64,000 bases of DNA from Eledone cirrhosa. Taxonomy: Eukaryota. The notes under the pieces were generated by a model. The model did not search any database and had not been told where the DNA came from. It worked only from the letters and a program-made list of their open reading frames with translations. The stretch is from the NCBI GenBank assembly GCA_964016885.1, contig OZ024740.1:320602001-320666000 (forward strand), in the 5' to 3' direction. A program made the position numbers and the translations under genes. This document shows, piece after piece, positions 62,301 through 64,000 of this stretch. Positions within the stretch are counted from its first letter, which is position 1. The number at the start of each line of letters is the position of its first letter.

Positions 62301-64000
62301 TCCCAGCCTTCATCATTTTTAACCACCTTTTTTTAATATTGTTTCACCATGTACTCATGGGTGTGCAGATTTTATTTAATGCCACAAAGTGGTCAAGTGG
62401 GTGTCACAACAAAAAGCATCCATCCCACAGTGTAAGGTGGTCGTGTAGATGTCACGACAAAAAGCACCCAGCCCACACTGTAAATGTGGTTGCCATTAGG
62501 AAGGGCATCCAGCCATAGAAACCTAGTCAGAAACAGTTCTATATGACCAAGATATGGTCATCTGACCCAATTTGCTTCTAATGGGACAACCTGTCTACCC
62601 CATGTTAGCATGGAAAAATGAATGTTAAACAATGATGATAATATTGTTAATTATTTGTCATCTCTCTTATAATGTTTAGCTTCCTGAGATCTGTCTCTAA
62701 TACTTCATCCCATACTTTATACAGCTGTCATTCTCCATATGTATCACATGCCCATATCAACAGTCTTTTCTCTTTTGCGCTACATCTGATTTCTCTTATA
62801 TCCAGTTTTTCTCTCAGTTCATTTTTGCTCTGTCATTCATGTACACTAACATTACATATCCAATGAAGTATGCACGCTTCATTTATTTTCAGTCATCACT
62901 AGTTTTCCACATTCAAGGCCCATGCCCCTATACCAAAACTGCACTTTGACATAAACACCATACAATCTGTCCTTCGTTTTGAAAGAGGATCCCTTTGTTG
63001 GCAGCAGAGGTAATATTGCTGGAAAGATATGAAGCAAACAGGTTGTACTATTAGCATGCAGATCAGTTGAAAGAAAAAAAAAAAAGAGAAAAATGTATCC
63101 ACCGTAGTATGCAAAAAAGATTGTTTTGGTGTATGTAGGATGACAATTGATTGAAGAATTGCTAAGTAATCCAAGAGGAAGAGGAAAAGATGATGGTAGA
63201 TCTCAGTATGTTGAAGCGCATGAAGGAGATAAGAGTCTACATTAAACAATGAAGCATTGTGCTGGAGAAGGTCATACAAGCATGGAAAATGGATTTAGAA
63301 GGATGATGCTGCTTTACTTGACTGTTTAACAGTCCCTACCTCACAGTTGAGTAGTTTTTAGAGGGAAGCATATCCAAATTTTAAAATCTATCCTAATCTT
63401 CTGGCATGGAAAATATCTCTAAATTTATTTTTCATTAGTTTTGCTATTTTCTGATCTAAGCATTTCTAAGTATGCAAGCTGTATATATGTACATATTTTT
63501 ATATTTTAATTTCTTTTTTCTTTGTTTTGGTTTTAATTTTAGATGCTGCTGGTGCTGCTGGGGAAAAAACAGCTGATATATCAGACATGTCAAAAAGTAA
63601 CCTATCTCTTGGATTCTTGACAGTAAATTCTGAAAATGCTGAAAAACTTCTAGCTACCACAATCCCAAATGTTGAAGATAGTCTGGAAGGATCAGAGGAT
63701 CGTTCTCATGTTAAGCAATCAAAACTAGATACAATTGAGACAGAATACTCAAACTCTAAACACACTTCTGTTAGTCAAATTGGGGACACCTCAAATATTT
63801 TGAATACAATTTCTAGTAAGGATGAAATTAATAAACAAAAAGGAGAAATTAGTCAACTGTGTTTGGAAAAAAGCAAGGCTACATTATTTCAAGATGTAAT
63901 CAGGAAATGTGAGTCAACAGAAAAATCAGGAGATAAACCTAAGAAATATGATAATTCAATGGATTCTCAACAAAGAAAAAGACTGAACTTGACTGAAACA
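47389..64000 (+). CDS. Probable centromere protein T-like gene, 5' part. Exons: 47389-47481, 52123-52209, 55045-55147, 55278-55389, 57353-57420, 58635-58736, 60170-60277, 63543->64000
   Basis: Eight exons chain in phase (0,0,1,2,1,1,1) without stops. The motifs SSPKSL/LKQIM and KTPKTLLKNFVSQ/APTET resemble vertebrate CENP-T STPRTLLRRVL and QTPRTLLKNILLTAPESS. The diagnostic C-terminal histone fold is not in the window, so no symbol is assigned. Confidence 0.65.
47763..47970. repeat. Long imperfect palindrome (foldback/MITE-like)
   Basis: Arms such as TTTTATATAGAAAT..TTCTACAGGACTAGAACTGTTT and AAACAGTTCTAGTTCTGTAGAA..ATTTCTATATAAAA around a centre at ~47855. Confidence 0.75.
49140..51963 (+). 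mobile_element. Decayed RTE LINE, same family as 2109-5625, with frameshifts and an internal deletion near 49803
   Basis: Collinear ORF fragments (VQET, NYRGI, YADD, PHD region, RRLRWYGHV), the same 3' UTR and a (GAT)n tail. The 5' boundary is approximate. Confidence 0.9.
53580..53826 (-). mobile_element. 3' fragment of a different RTE-like LINE
   Basis: QRRLRLARHAHRH...WEPLHGHTGRGRLRLTYVD is a typical RTE-group C-terminus. Confidence 0.7.
53827..54553 (+). mobile_element. 5'-truncated RTE copy (C-terminus, 3' UTR and (GAT)n tail)
   Basis: ORF 53827-54168 is nearly identical to the C-terminus of the 991-aa ORF. Confidence 0.9.
55473..55677. mobile_element. piggyBac-type MITE (205 bp)
   Basis: TTAA target duplication; TIR CCCTTTAGCATTTA / TAAATGCTAAAGGG. 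Confidence 0.85.
56130..56325. repeat. ~30-bp tandem repeat, about 6 units
   Basis: Repeating TATCCAATTTTGCTGTAGCTGTGGTAGATAG-like unit. Confidence 0.85.
59795..60045. repeat. ~43-bp tandem repeat, about 6 units
   Basis: Repeating CATCATCACCCTTCCTTCCTCAGTCATCTCTAGTGTGTGA-like unit. Confidence 0.9.
61532..61736. mobile_element. Second copy of the 205-bp piggyBac-type MITE
   Basis: Same TIRs, TTTA/TTAA flanks and homologous interior. Confidence 0.85.

Overview
AT-rich eukaryotic (metazoan) genomic DNA. The (TA)n/(CAT)n microsatellites, RTE and CR1 LINEs and tRNA-headed SINEs point to an octopus/cephalopod (inference, not verified). I reconstructed three spliced genes by hand with phase-consistent GT-AG exons. 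(1) The 3' part of CNOT10 (+, 1455-16948). (2) A complete dysbindin/DTNBP1 gene (-, 35174-20283), with CLEAR/M-box-like motifs just upstream. (3) A + strand gene (47389 to beyond the window end) whose N-terminus has two S/T-P-K-x-L-L-K motifs resembling the CENP-T Ndc80-binding motifs. The rest is mostly mobile DNA: a near-intact RTE LINE with a PHD finger inside its ORF, young CR1 copies, a rearranged LTR retrotransposon with an unusual RNase H and no tRNA-type PBS, CRE-like fragments, SINEs, Helitron-type elements, and piggyBac- and mariner-type MITEs. All calls come from reading the sequence; no database search was run.
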